Under the pieces are notes generated by a model. The model was not told the origin of the DNA, searched no databases, and saw nothing but the letters and a program-made list of their open reading frames with translations. The position numbers and the translations under genes are program-made. From a virus (taxonomy: Duplodnaviria > Caudoviricetes), in IMG/VR virus record IMGVR_UViG_3300029288_005871, positions 1 to 64,000 of that record: a stretch of DNA of 64,000 nucleotides. One strand, written 5' to 3'. How positions within the stretch are numbered: the first letter of the stretch is position 1; each line of letters begins with the position of its first letter. This document shows, piece after piece, positions 29,343 through 39,043 of this stretch.

Positions 29343-30780
29343 CTTTTGCTAATGCCTCCTGACGTTCTTTCTCTAAATCATTATAAACCCCTGTAAAAAG
29401 GGTATCCCATAACTTTGCTACATTATCCCAGTCCAAAGTTCTTACCCAGGCAAGTGCTCTGTCGGTAATTTTGGCTACTTCCTGCGGATTGTCATAAATC
29501 CAGATCAGTTTCCTTACCGCATCATCCACATTCCCCAACGGCCTGACTCTTTCAAAATCATCCCTGCCGTAACAGACCCATTCCGAACTGGTAGAATTAG
29601 TCTTATAGGGAATTCCCCTGATATTTTCATCAGTTTTTAAAGCATCCAGGTTATCCAAATCCAACCCTTCAGAATTGAATATTTCAGGGATGGAAGTATG
29701 TGATGGAGCCAAATTAATCACCTTAGTCGCCATCGCCTCATTTATCGGTAATCCCCAACCTTCGCCTAAAGACGAAGAAACATGGCAATCCATAATGTTA
29801 TAAAGCAGGTTTAAAGCCTCTGTCGGATAACCGATATTTTCATTAAAGTTTCCTGGCACTGTCCAATCAGTCCCAAATTCCAAGTTAAAATTCTGGGCTA
29901 TTGCCCGTAACGACCCAAAAGTGTCATTCTCCCTAGCATGGATATAAAGGAATGAATCAGGCCGCCTCTTCTGGAATTCCTTGAAAATTTTCATTACCCT
30001 GGCCAAATCCTTTCTCATTTGGTTTCTGGCAACACAGCCAACAATAAAAGTATCCTGCCTGACTTTATTCTTGAAAAACTTCTGCCTGAATGTCTTTCTT
30101 GTCTCTGTATCAACTGGATAAAAATCTTCCTGGCTTATCCCATGCGGGATAGTCAAAATATCATTTTTAAATTTACATGGCTGGACTAATTCATTATTGG
30201 CTTTTTCTATCTGCTCTTTACCATACTTGGTATAAGCTACAGAATAATCAGGAATGGATACTGCCTCTTCTATCCAGTTTCCTTTAAGAGGCGAATCTAC
30301 CGGCCAATAGCTTATTACCCGATACCACATCTTAGGCGGAGTATTCTCCCGATACTTTTTATACATTAAGTCGCCAATCATTCTCATCAGTCCCAACTTC
30401 TGGCCGATTATAGGCAACGGGTATTCCATGATAAACGGATCTTGCAAAGTAAAAATTATGTCCCAAGACGGCTTTATATCCAAATCAGCCCCCCGCAATA
30501 TCTCCACAAACCTTAACCTACCATAAACATCTGTCTCTCCCAAAGGAGCTGCTGGCCAGATCCTGTAAGGATGAGTTTCTGGATCTTTATACCCTCCCCT
30601 ATCATTAATACCAAAAATATCTATATCATACCTGCCTGATCGGGCAAGTCTGGTAAAAATGCCTTTAATTACGCTCGCAAATCCCGTACTGCAAGCCGGA
30701 CTATCGGCAAAAATCAACACTTTTATTTTTTTTGGTTGTTTTTCCAATTCTTCATTTTTTATATTTTCTGTATCTGTCAT
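29260..30780 (-). CDS. Glycosyltransferase, GT-B fold (GT4-like)
   Basis: DSPACSTGFASV, IPHGI, VARNQMRKD, SSLGEGWGLPINEAMAT. Confidence 0.9.
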   Translation of the reverse strand: MTDTENIKNEELEKQPKKIKVLIFADSPACSTGFASVIKGIFTRLARSGRYDIDIFGINDRGGYKDPETHPYRIWPAAPLGETDVYGRLRFVEILRGADLDIKPSWDIIFTLQDPFIMEYPLPIIGQKLGLMRMIGDLMYKKYRENTPPKMWYRVISYWPVDSPLKGNWIEEAVSIPDYSVAYTKYGKEQIEKANNELVQPCKFKNDILTIPHGISQEDFYPVDTETRKTFRQKFFKNKVRQDTFIVGCVARNQMRKDLARVMKIFKEFQKRRPDSFLYIHARENDTFGSLRAIAQNFNLEFGTDWTVPGNFNENIGYPTEALNLLYNIMDCHVSSSLGEGWGLPINEAMATKVINLAPSHTSIPEIFNSEGLDLDNLDALKTDENIRGIPYKTNSTSSEWVCYGRDDFERVRPLGNVDDAVRKLIWIYDNPQEVAKITDRALAWVRTLDWDNVAKLWDTLFTGVYNDLEKERQEALAKDAGNKDTDKQNQPEQPEPERDESRPVQ

Positions 30781-30808
30781 AATTTTTAAAATAAATTAAA
30801 TAATAAGA

Positions 30809-31618
30809 TTACCAACTCATCCAATTCCAACCTTTCTCCTTTTTGTCAAAAGGAGTCTTATAAATTCCTTTCTCTTTTAAAATCATTTCCGGCGGGTGAT
30901 AAGCTTTCTGGTGAAAATCAGTATTCCATTTTCTTCTTATATAATCCCTGTTAGCTTCATAAGTCCTAACATTTTTAGAATAAAGATCCTCATCAACTTT
31001 AATAGTACGGGAACCATAATGGTAAAATTTAGCCCTATTAGTTTTCCCCGCCTTGTTTCCAGATAAAATTATTCTATAGTGCATGTCGCCATCTTCCATA
31101 TAGGCTACGCTTAAATTTTCATCAAACCAACCTACCTTTTTTATAAGCCTGTTATTAACCATAAAACAGGAAAAATGGGGATGCTCGTCAAATGAATCAT
31201 TAAAACTACTACCAAGAATGGTTTTTATTGTCCTTAAAGAATCCCACTGGGAAGCAGTCCACATAATAAACCTCAAATGCCTCTGGGCAAAATCAACCAA
31301 GTTATCAACACAGTTCTCATGGAAAATCAAGTCATTATTAGCGACTATTACATACTCCATACCCTCTGCTAAAGCCATCTTTATTCCCATATTCCAAGCT
31401 GTTCCCACATGATTGCCTTTAGGGTTATCCACCACGGTTATCCCCATCGGGACTTTTGTGGAAAAAGTAGTCGGTCTTAATCCTTTAGCAGAATAATTAA
31501 CTATTAAGTAAAGCTTTAAATTGTGATCTTTAGAAGTTATTGACTCAACAGTTTGCCTAGTAAAATCAGCATGGAGTCCATTCGCATGATAAACGGGGAT
31601 AACAATTCCTAACTTCAT
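30809..31618 (-). CDS. Glycosyltransferase family 2
   Basis: GIVIPVY, AWNMGI, VANNDL, VGWFDE..YMEDGD. Confidence 0.9.
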   Translation of the reverse strand: MKLGIVIPVYHANGLHADFTRQTVESITSKDHNLKLYLIVNYSAKGLRPTTFSTKVPMGITVVDNPKGNHVGTAWNMGIKMALAEGMEYVIVANNDLIFHENCVDNLVDFAQRHLRFIMWTASQWDSLRTIKTILGSSFNDSFDEHPHFSCFMVNNRLIKKVGWFDENLSVAYMEDGDMHYRIILSGNKAGKTNRAKFYHYGSRTIKVDEDLYSKNVRTYEANRDYIRRKWNTDFHQKAYHPPEMILKEKGIYKTPFDKKEKGWNWMSW

Positions 31619-31660
31619 ATTGTTATGTTTATAACATGAGTTTATTGTTTTGTAAACATC

Positions 31661-32602
31661 TTAAAATAGGCTTATCCAAGTCTTCATCGCTTCTTTTAAT
31701 TTCCCAAAATATTCTTCTTCTGGCAAACCCTCAGCTATTTCCAGATAACATTGCTTGACAGTTTTACCTTTCAATTCAATCCTATCAATTATTTCCCAAA
31801 AAGTCTCATTTGCCAATAAGCCTTTACTCTCTTTTTCCAGATTAACCCAGACATTTGAAGCCCGATCATGATTAACCATCGGTTCTCCAGCCAAAACAGC
31901 TAGACCCAAATAATCACAAATCTTTTTGGCAATTATCCCGCACCAAATATCACCCATTCTTTCTACACTATAATCCTTACCCATTAAAGGCCAAAACATT
32001 AAAGGAATTACCTTTCTCTTAAAAGCCAGATTCATGCCACTCATCGGGTAATAATAACTTGGAGGAACAGGAGAAAAAATATTTGCGTCAGCTTCACCAA
32101 TACCATAAGAAAGTTGGGTTACAGCGTCTACGTCAGGTACACCATACCAGCAACCCATATTTATAACAGCTTCTACCTCGCCAGTATTATGGTAAGGAGT
32201 ACCTCTTGGCCTGACTTTTTCCAATGTCCATACCCACCTAGTCAACGGCACAGATAATTTTTTTAAATGGGTTTCCAAAAAAGGCAACGCTCTGGGATCA
32301 GGATAAACATCGTCATCCATAGTGATAACCACGTCAGCTCCATCCTTGTAAGCCTTATAAAAACCAAAACATCTCACTCCATCCGTCTTTTTCCTGATTA
32401 TCCAAGACTTGTCAACCAACTCACAATCAATATCCCTATGGCATAAATGGACAATTTTATTCTCACCTTTGCTAGGCAACTTAAAAGTCTTATAGGCATT
32501 ATCCTCTACCACATAAATTGTGCAAGGAAAAAAATCCCACATCTCCAAGAATTTTTTGATACTTTTCTGCCTGATGGTCGGTACTACTATAGCCGTATTC
32601 AT
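31661..32602 (-). CDS. Reversibly glycosylated polypeptide / UDP-arabinopyranose mutase-like (GT75)
   Basis: TMDDD, RGTPY, W.GVPDVDAVTQL, PMSGMNLAF, DIWCG..KKICDYLG..V..G.P...H.RASN...NL.KE.KG. Confidence 0.8.
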   Translation of the reverse strand: MNTAIVVPTIRQKSIKKFLEMWDFFPCTIYVVEDNAYKTFKLPSKGENKIVHLCHRDIDCELVDKSWIIRKKTDGVRCFGFYKAYKDGADVVITMDDDVYPDPRALPFLETHLKKLSVPLTRWVWTLEKVRPRGTPYHNTGEVEAVINMGCWYGVPDVDAVTQLSYGIGEADANIFSPVPPSYYYPMSGMNLAFKRKVIPLMFWPLMGKDYSVERMGDIWCGIIAKKICDYLGLAVLAGEPMVNHDRASNVWVNLEKESKGLLANETFWEIIDRIELKGKTVKQCYLEIAEGLPEEEYFGKLKEAMKTWISLF

Positions 32603-33183
32603 TTTGTTTCCAAAAGATACTGGTATTCCATCATCCAGTCATCTTTCTCCCAATCCTCACAAAAAAACCTGATCTGGCGGTAATCCTTTACTTTCCAACC
32701 CGACAGCTTAAAAAGGTATTCCCAATTAATCCGGTGGAAAACACTATAATGATTTTTATGCCTGATACAAAACTCTGTAGGAGAAGGTACAGCTATTAAA
32801 ACAAACTTAGTCGCAATCCTTCTTATTTCCAAAAGAAGAATTAAAGGCATCGGTGAATGTTCTAATGCGTGTCTAACTACTGCCATTTCAAAAGAACCAT
32901 CAGGTAAACTGGTAAAGTGCATATCTTCCCGCAATACTTCGTGATCAAGTTTTTCCCCGCCTAAAGTTACCCCTAAAGTCTTTTTACCCATCTTCTTCAT
33001 TTCGTCTAAACAAGGTGCAGTTCCGCAGCCAAATTCAACCGCTGACAAAAAATCCAAATGATAACAAAAATACTGTACCATCTCCTTAGCTGTCTGGGCA
33101 TGATGAGCAGAATAAGGTTCAGTATAAATTTGGCTGGTTAAATACTGATAATGTCTTTCAAAATTAGTGTAATCCATAATCAC
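32599..33183 (-). CDS. Class I SAM-dependent methyltransferase
   Basis: VEFGCG, RHALEHSPMP. Confidence 0.82.
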   Translation of the reverse strand: MIMDYTNFERHYQYLTSQIYTEPYSAHHAQTAKEMVQYFCYHLDFLSAVEFGCGTAPCLDEMKKMGKKTLGVTLGGEKLDHEVLREDMHFTSLPDGSFEMAVVRHALEHSPMPLILLLEIRRIATKFVLIAVPSPTEFCIRHKNHYSVFHRINWEYLFKLSGWKVKDYRQIRFFCEDWEKDDWMMEYQYLLETK

Positions 33184-33853
33184 TTAAACAGGATATCCGG
33201 CCTTTTTTCACTTATCTCTATCATTTCAAGGTAATCAGATGCTTTTAACTTCCTGAAATTCATAAAACCACAATGGTATAAAACAGGCGGCTCAACTGCC
33301 GCCACTTTCATACCGACTTTTCTCACATCTTCGCAAAAAGCAGAATCCTCCCCACACAACTTATCATCCAAATACCTAAATGAGCCTATTATACTTAAAT
33401 CACCCCTTCTGACAAAAAAGAATATCCTGGTTGGTTATTAACAACCAAAATCTTATAACCCCTAAACTCAATTGTTTTTAAAGTCTGGTGATGAGGGTGT
33501 TTTTTCCCACCCACTACCCCAATATCGGGAAAATAATGCAGTACTTCCATTAACCTGGTATCCCAATGAGGCTCATAATAAATATCATCATCAGCAATAT
33601 GGATATATTCAGAAGGCGAAGCTAAAGAAACTCCCAGATTCTTGGCTTCATAAATAGGTACTCGCTTTTCCAGATGCTTATAAATAACCTTTGTCTTTTT
33701 CCTTTTTAAATAATGCTCTATCCCTTCCCAATTATCAGAAGCATCAAGTATCACTATTTCCAGTTCAGAATCAGTATTTTTAATCAATGTTTCTACCGTT
33801 TGTCTTAGTAAAGGAAATCGGTTGTAAGTAGCAAACACTACAGGTAATATCAT
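33180..33853 (-). pseudogene. Glycosyltransferase family 2 split by a 1-nt frameshift at a T6 tract
   Basis: One extra T in the run at 33414-33419 joins ORFs 33395-33853 and 33180-33371 as ..YSFFVRRGDLSIIGSFRYLDDKLCGEDSAF.. Confidence 0.75.
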
Positions 33854-34326
33854 ATCTTTACACTTTCAAAAGACATTGTTTTTTGCCCATGAGTTTCCAG
33901 TTCCTCAAACTTTTTGCAAACTAACCCCGCCTGTTTTAGATAATTTAACATTATCTTCTGATTAAAACCAGTTTGATGTGTTTCTCCATCCCTTGACTGC
34001 CCGCCAAAGATTATATCCATATCCCAACCATCAGTCTGGTGGTTTAACCACCACTGGCAGCACCATACAAAATCAGGAACCCTAATAGTTATCTTTCCTT
34101 CTGGTTTTATCACTCTTGCCCATTCTTTTAAAGTTGGTATGACTTTAGCTTTAGGAAGATGTTCCAACATGTGGGAACTCCAAATTTCATCCACTTCCCC
34201 ATCTTTATAGGGAAGTTCCCAGGCAAAAGCTTTAACATCTACCTCTTCTATATAAGGGTCAATTCTAATCCAATCACCTTCTATCCATTCATCAGGTGAA
34301 CCAGCACCTAAATCTATCCTAAGCAT
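33850..34326 (-). CDS. Class I SAM-dependent methyltransferase (type 11)
   Basis: IDLGAG, SHMLEHL, ITIRVPD; paralog of 13219-13818. Confidence 0.85.
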   Translation of the reverse strand: MLRIDLGAGSPDEWIEGDWIRIDPYIEEVDVKAFAWELPYKDGEVDEIWSSHMLEHLPKAKVIPTLKEWARVIKPEGKITIRVPDFVWCCQWWLNHQTDGWDMDIIFGGQSRDGETHQTGFNQKIMLNYLKQAGLVCKKFEELETHGQKTMSFESVKI

Positions 34327-34328
34327 TT

Positions 34329-35231
34329 TTAACTTTCATTTTTAAAATTAACTATTTTATCACTCTTATAAAAAAATCCGCTTCCTGGCCAAACTTCACC
34401 ACTTCTGAAGCTAAAATCATCATTTACATATAGTGGGAGTACATCTCCCCATTTATTTTTAAATATTTCGGTATTTCTATCATGGGTAAGCAAATCTCCG
34501 TCTTTTTCCACTCCCATTTTTTTATTTATCCATTCTTGGTATTCTGGTCTGACAGCTGTTACTCCCGACACATGATGGCAAGGAACATTAACCACTATAT
34601 TTTTATATCCCAATCTTAAAGAAGCTAAACCCAGCTCACGATCATACAAATGAAAATATTGATAGTTCTGGTCTATTCCATTATTTTTCTTTAGCATTTC
34701 CATCCTGAAAATTAGGGCAAATCCATCAAAAATAGCGACTGGTTTCCACTCTTCCTTCATCCTCATCCCGTGAATTTCTGCCTCAATCATGTTGGACAAA
34801 CCAGCCGCCTGATCCGCTCTTTCCGACATTTGCAATCTCCCGCCATTTGGCAGACATCCCTGCGCCCCAAAAAATCCAGCCATACCTAAATCTTTCATTT
34901 GTTCAAAATAGGAAAGTATTCGTCTGTCCCAATACTGTTCATAAATATAGACATCATTATGGATTATTGCCAAAACATCAGTTTCACAAAGTTCATAAAT
35001 TTGCTGGTATGTTTTTACCAAACCTAAGTTTTCCTTATTCCTGACATAATTTAACTTTTTAGGTTTTATATATTCCCTGAATGTTTTTTCCACTGGATCA
35101 GTAGAATTATTATCTATTATTAACCATTCAACCTCTGGTGAAGTTACGGTTTTTAGAAGTCCTAATATACCGATTATATCCCGCAGTTGGTTCATTATAG
35201 GAATAACTATGGTCAAACGTAAACTTGACAT
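34329..35231 (-). CDS. Glycosyltransferase family 2
   Basis: TIVIPI, IIDNNS, IIHNDV; tandem paralog of 35241-36140. Confidence 0.9.
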   Translation of the reverse strand: MSSLRLTIVIPIMNQLRDIIGILGLLKTVTSPEVEWLIIDNNSTDPVEKTFREYIKPKKLNYVRNKENLGLVKTYQQIYELCETDVLAIIHNDVYIYEQYWDRRILSYFEQMKDLGMAGFFGAQGCLPNGGRLQMSERADQAAGLSNMIEAEIHGMRMKEEWKPVAIFDGFALIFRMEMLKKNNGIDQNYQYFHLYDRELGLASLRLGYKNIVVNVPCHHVSGVTAVRPEYQEWINKKMGVEKDGDLLTHDRNTEIFKNKWGDVLPLYVNDDFSFRSGEVWPGSGFFYKSDKIVNFKNES

Positions 35232-35240
35232 ATTGTTTCC

Positions 35241-36140
35241 TTATAAACTAGGAGTTAACTTCATTTTAAGGATCGCATCACCTTTATACTCTATTATCGG
35301 CCAGATTCTTTCAACTTGTCCACTTCTAAAGCTAAAATCATCATTTACATACAGGGGGAGTACGTCTTTCCATTTATTTATAAATTTTTGTTTATTCTCG
35401 TTATGTATTTTACCTTCTTCAAATCCACTGCCAGTCATTTCTTTTAACCATTTTTGATATCCTGCCGATTCACCTGTTAATCCGCCTATATGGTGACAAG
35501 GAATATCAACTACAATATTTTTATATCCTCTTCTTATAGATTCCAAGCTTATATCACGATCATAGTAATGCAACCATTTGTATCTCATATCAAATCCTCC
35601 GTCCTTCTTTAACATCTCCATATTTAAAACCATTGCAAAAGAATCAAAAATAGCGCATGATCTCCAAGGCTGTCTCATTCTTACTCCATGTATTTCTGCT
35701 TCCAACATATTGGATAATCCAGACATTTGGCCATCTTTTTCTATATCCTGATGTCTACTACCGTCTGGCAGACATCCCTGCGCCCCGAAAAATCCCGCTA
35801 TACCTAATTTATCAATTTCATAGAAATAACTGATTATCCTTTGATCCCAATCTTTCTCATAAATAAAACAATCCGTATGAAGAAGCATTAAAAGGTCTGT
35901 AGTGCAATTTTCATAAGCATATCTATTAGTCTCCATTAAACCAATATTTTTTTCAAATCTGACAAAATTTAATTTCTTTGGTTTAATATATTTTCTCACC
36001 CATTCCTCAATAGGCTCGTCAGATCCATTGTCTACTAATAACCATTCCGTTTCTTCAGAGGTATTGAATTTTAAACATCCCCACATCGGCATTAACCAAC
36101 GCAAACCGTTCATGATGGGGATTAAAATCGTAAGTCGCAT
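35241..36140 (-). CDS. Glycosyltransferase family 2
   Basis: TILIPI, LVDNGS, LLHTDC; shares GFFGAQGCLP..GLSNM.EAEIHG with its neighbour. Confidence 0.9.
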   Translation of the reverse strand: MRLTILIPIMNGLRWLMPMWGCLKFNTSEETEWLLVDNGSDEPIEEWVRKYIKPKKLNFVRFEKNIGLMETNRYAYENCTTDLLMLLHTDCFIYEKDWDQRIISYFYEIDKLGIAGFFGAQGCLPDGSRHQDIEKDGQMSGLSNMLEAEIHGVRMRQPWRSCAIFDSFAMVLNMEMLKKDGGFDMRYKWLHYYDRDISLESIRRGYKNIVVDIPCHHIGGLTGESAGYQKWLKEMTGSGFEEGKIHNENKQKFINKWKDVLPLYVNDDFSFRSGQVERIWPIIEYKGDAILKMKLTPSL

Positions 36141-36141
36141 A

Positions 36142-36594
36142 TTAAAAGGGATAATAAAAACTCTTCAGCTTTTTATCAGGTTTCAAATCCTCGTGTTTCA
36201 TGCCAAAATAATGTGCCACTTCATGCTCCAAAATGTAATATAGGTGTTCTAAAACCAAGTCCTTCTGAAAATAATTAGCAACCAAAATATCATGTTTATA
36301 AACTATAATAGCTGTTTTTTCTCCATTTGGTTGGCCGACAAATTCAGCAAAATTAAATGTTAAACCCCGATAATATTTAAGATAATCAACAGAGCTACAA
36401 ATAAACTGAATGTTTTTACACATTGCCTCTTTCCATAATTTATGTTTTTTTATGGCTAATGAAGTTACAACATTTAACATTTCCTGATAAAACTCTTCAT
36501 CAGAAGGCATATAAACCTTTAATTTCTTTATTCTGGCTTTTCTTTTATTTACTAAGTTAATCTCTTTTTTCATAATTCCTCCTTCTTTGCTCAA
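36142..36594 (-). CDS. Zincin-like metallopeptidase (HEXXH)
   Basis: IIVYK..LEHEVAHYFG. Confidence 0.6.
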   Translation of the reverse strand: MSKEGGIMKKEINLVNKRKARIKKLKVYMPSDEEFYQEMLNVVTSLAIKKHKLWKEAMCKNIQFICSSVDYLKYYRGLTFNFAEFVGQPNGEKTAIIVYKHDILVANYFQKDLVLEHLYYILEHEVAHYFGMKHEDLKPDKKLKSFYYPF

Positions 36595-36751
36595 ATTTCT
36601 GGCAAGGACACTTATTCACACCACAACTATCAAATAAAGTTTTTTTATCCCCAAGGTAATGATGGGCGGCTTTTGAATGGTCACAGTTCTTACAATATTT
36701 CCTTGTTTCTGGATTCCTCATTTTTCCAACTCTTCCTTTACTTTTTTCCAC
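36557..36751 (-). CDS. Small Cys/His-rich hypothetical protein
   Basis: C..C.H....H...C....C.C pattern. Confidence 0.45.
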   Translation of the reverse strand: MEKSKGRVGKMRNPETRKYCKNCDHSKAAHHYLGDKKTLFDSCGVNKCPCQKFEQRRRNYEKRD

Positions 36752-37107
36752 AAAAGGTCACAGATAGGATAAGACTTGCATGGCTTATTTTCCCCAAGCC
36801 AAGCACTCCAATATTTATATGAATAATCATAAGGTGAAAAATCATCTAAAAGTTCCATTAATTGTCCAATAGAAAGTAAAGGCAAACTTAACTTTACCCA
36901 TTCAAATTCTTTCTTCATCTTATTCCAATCCTTCGCCCAAGAATCAAACATTTGATGGACAGCCCATCCTTGAATGTTTGGACTACCTATTTTATAAGTT
37001 GGGGAATAAATATATTCGTTTCCAATCGGTTTCCACCATTTTCTTAATCTTTCTCTCCCTTTTTCTGATAATCGGTTAAGGTCATCCGCTGTTATATTTT
37101 GCTTCAT
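36718..37107 (-). CDS. Hypothetical phage protein
   Basis: 129-aa operonic ORF. Confidence 0.55.
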   Translation of the reverse strand: MKQNITADDLNRLSEKGRERLRKWWKPIGNEYIYSPTYKIGSPNIQGWAVHQMFDSWAKDWNKMKKEFEWVKLSLPLLSIGQLMELLDDFSPYDYSYKYWSAWLGENKPCKSYPICDLLWKKVKEELEK

Positions 37108-37451
37108 ATATGGTAAGTTTTTTTAGGTTTTACTTTACCTGTTGCTTTCCAACCAAACTGGTCGTCAGGATGTTGGGCATATCTTGTTTCAAACGGATCA
37201 AACCGTTTACCCTTTTTATCAATTGCCCACGGCTTACCTGTTTTTTTATCATGCCCAAAAGCTACCGGCTCTCTGGAAAAACGGTGGAAGGCAAAATTAA
37301 TCTTTTCCTTTTTTTCTTCTATTGCTAAACAGCAAAAACGAATCAACTTTTCCCTTCCAGCATCCATTACTTTAAATTCCCATTTTTTAGTTTGTTTACA
37401 AAACGGGCAATTAGTTTTTCCAGTTTTCTTTTTCTTCTGTAACTTTTTCAT
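37104..37451 (-). CDS. Hypothetical protein
   Basis: 115-aa operonic ORF. Confidence 0.55.
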   Translation of the reverse strand: MKKLQKKKKTGKTNCPFCKQTKKWEFKVMDAGREKLIRFCCLAIEEKKEKINFAFHRFSREPVAFGHDKKTGKPWAIDKKGKRFDPFETRYAQHPDDQFGWKATGKVKPKKTYHI

Positions 37452-37635
37452 TTTTAGGTACTACAATAATATCACCATTCTCATCATAAACCTCATAGGC
37501 TTGACATTCACTATTTAAGCAGGTAAAAATATACCTTTTCTTATTCCAGTCTATATGTAAATGAGTATTAGACGGTTTACCCGCCTTTTCACACTCTTTA
37601 CAAAGAATTACAAAATTTTTGATTGTTCCTGCCAT
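37411..37635 (-). CDS. Hypothetical zinc-ribbon protein
   Basis: CKEC..C.N.EC. Confidence 0.5.
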   Translation of the reverse strand: MAGTIKNFVILCKECEKAGKPSNTHLHIDWNKKRYIFTCLNSECQAYEVYDENGDIIVVPKNEKVTEEKENWKN

Positions 37636-37656
37636 AATTTTTTAATTAATTAATAT

Positions 37657-37980
37657 TTACTGCGCCTCTATCGTATTTTCATTTCCAATTATTACATTCT
37701 CTTCTTTTAGTAAAGTTGTAGTAGTTGTTTCTACTCCATCATTACCATTAATCCCTGTAGTCTGAGTTTCCGAACTCCTGCCAATGCTTGTTAAAACATT
37801 ATCCATTTCCTGCTTTTTTCTAGCTGCCATTATTTTCTCAAAAATGGCAACCGCCTTTTTCTTGGTATTTGCCTCAATCCTTACCATATTTGCAGGCAAA
37901 TTAAGGGAATGTAAAAAAGATTCCCTATCCCTTTTCACGGAATAATTTTTTTTATTGATTTTAAACAGGTATCTTGGCAT
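37657..37980 (-). CDS. Hypothetical protein
   Basis: 107-aa ORF. Confidence 0.5.
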   Translation of the reverse strand: MPRYLFKINKKNYSVKRDRESFLHSLNLPANMVRIEANTKKKAVAIFEKIMAARKKQEMDNVLTSIGRSSETQTTGINGNDGVETTTTTLLKEENVIIGNENTIEAQ

Positions 37981-38190
37981 TTATTTTTTCCTCTTTCCCT
38001 CTTTTTTTTCTTTTTTATTTACTGCACTTTTAGCCTCTTTTAATAACTCTTTACCTTCCATTTTCAATACCTCTGTAACTCCTAAATCCGGTAAGAAATA
38101 TTTATAAGCCGCCCATGCCAATAAAACTAATACTAAAATAACCGCTAACCAAACCATAACTATCACCTCCCGTCTATATCCTTTGAGCAA
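37981..38190 (-). CDS. Small single-TM membrane protein
   Basis: Hydrophobic N-terminus, basic tail. Confidence 0.5.
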   Translation of the reverse strand: MLKGYRREVIVMVWLAVILVLVLLAWAAYKYFLPDLGVTEVLKMEGKELLKEAKSAVNKKEKKEGKRKK

Positions 38191-38354
38191 TTAAAACAAT
38201 GCTTATATTGTTTCTTCAGAGTTATCTTCAAAGCCTTTTTCTTACAGATCGGGCAAATTACCAAGTCTTTTATTAAAGACTGTAGAATAAACAAGTGGAG
38301 ATCATTTAGTCCCTTCTTCATTTTCGTCAATGCGGGGCAACGTCTGCCCATCAT
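38163..38354 (-). CDS. Small zinc-finger hypothetical protein
   Basis: CPIC..CFNC. Confidence 0.45.
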   Translation of the reverse strand: MMGRRCPALTKMKKGLNDLHLFILQSLIKDLVICPICKKKALKITLKKQYKHCFNCSKDIDGR

Positions 38355-38394
38355 TGCCCCGCATAAGCCCTGCTAAAAATATGCTAACATTCAT

Positions 38395-38423
38395 AATTTA
38401 CTAAAATATTTTATTGTTGTCAA
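38395..38423 (-). promoter_or_regulatory. Putative sigma70-type promoter
   Basis: TTGACA-17-TAAATT; shares TATTGACAACAA with the promoter at 41820-41848. Confidence 0.5.
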
Positions 38424-38437
38424 TAACATAAATATAA

Positions 38438-39043
38438 CTATTCTGCTTCCCAATCAAGTTGTTTTCCTTCAGACAGATAAAATGGCTTTTTTATCTTGTC
38501 TTTCCAATCCCAGTTTGTCTCTTTTTTCCTAAAGCTTTTTAAAACCACTTTCTCAGTCACTTCATCCAAAAGGTTCTCCCTCATTACCTCATCAGTGAAC
38601 AAAAAATCATATTCTATTCCTTCAATAGTGCAACGGATCGGGTCAAACACATCAAGCCTGATTAACATTTCTTTTTTATGGTTAGTAACAACGGACAATA
38701 ACCAGTTATCCTGTGGCTGTTCCGTATCAAAATCCTCAATAGTTCTAACATCAATATTACTCCAGAAAGTTTCCATTCCCCCATGGCTATGCCACCATAG
38801 CTTCCAGTCAGACGGGCTTTCTCCATTTTTGATCAACTCATCATAAAACTTTGATAATGCCCGTTTATCCAAAACAGTATTGGCATAAGAAACCTCCTGG
38901 TTAAAGATTTTTATATCCTCAACAATTATGGTTTCTTCTTCCTTATTCAACCTAATTTTACCCAAACCACTAATCTCATACCTTACGGCTTCAACATAAA
39001 TCCTGAATTTCTGGTATTCCCTAATGTTAAAAAGCAGTTTCAT
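38438..39043 (-). CDS. JAB/MPN+ metallopeptidase (deubiquitinase-like)
   Basis: EISGLG, LWWHSHGGMETFWSNID (HxHx7Sx2D). Confidence 0.9.
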   Translation of the reverse strand: MKLLFNIREYQKFRIYVEAVRYEISGLGKIRLNKEEETIIVEDIKIFNQEVSYANTVLDKRALSKFYDELIKNGESPSDWKLWWHSHGGMETFWSNIDVRTIEDFDTEQPQDNWLLSVVTNHKKEMLIRLDVFDPIRCTIEGIEYDFLFTDEVMRENLLDEVTEKVVLKSFRKKETNWDWKDKIKKPFYLSEGKQLDWEAE

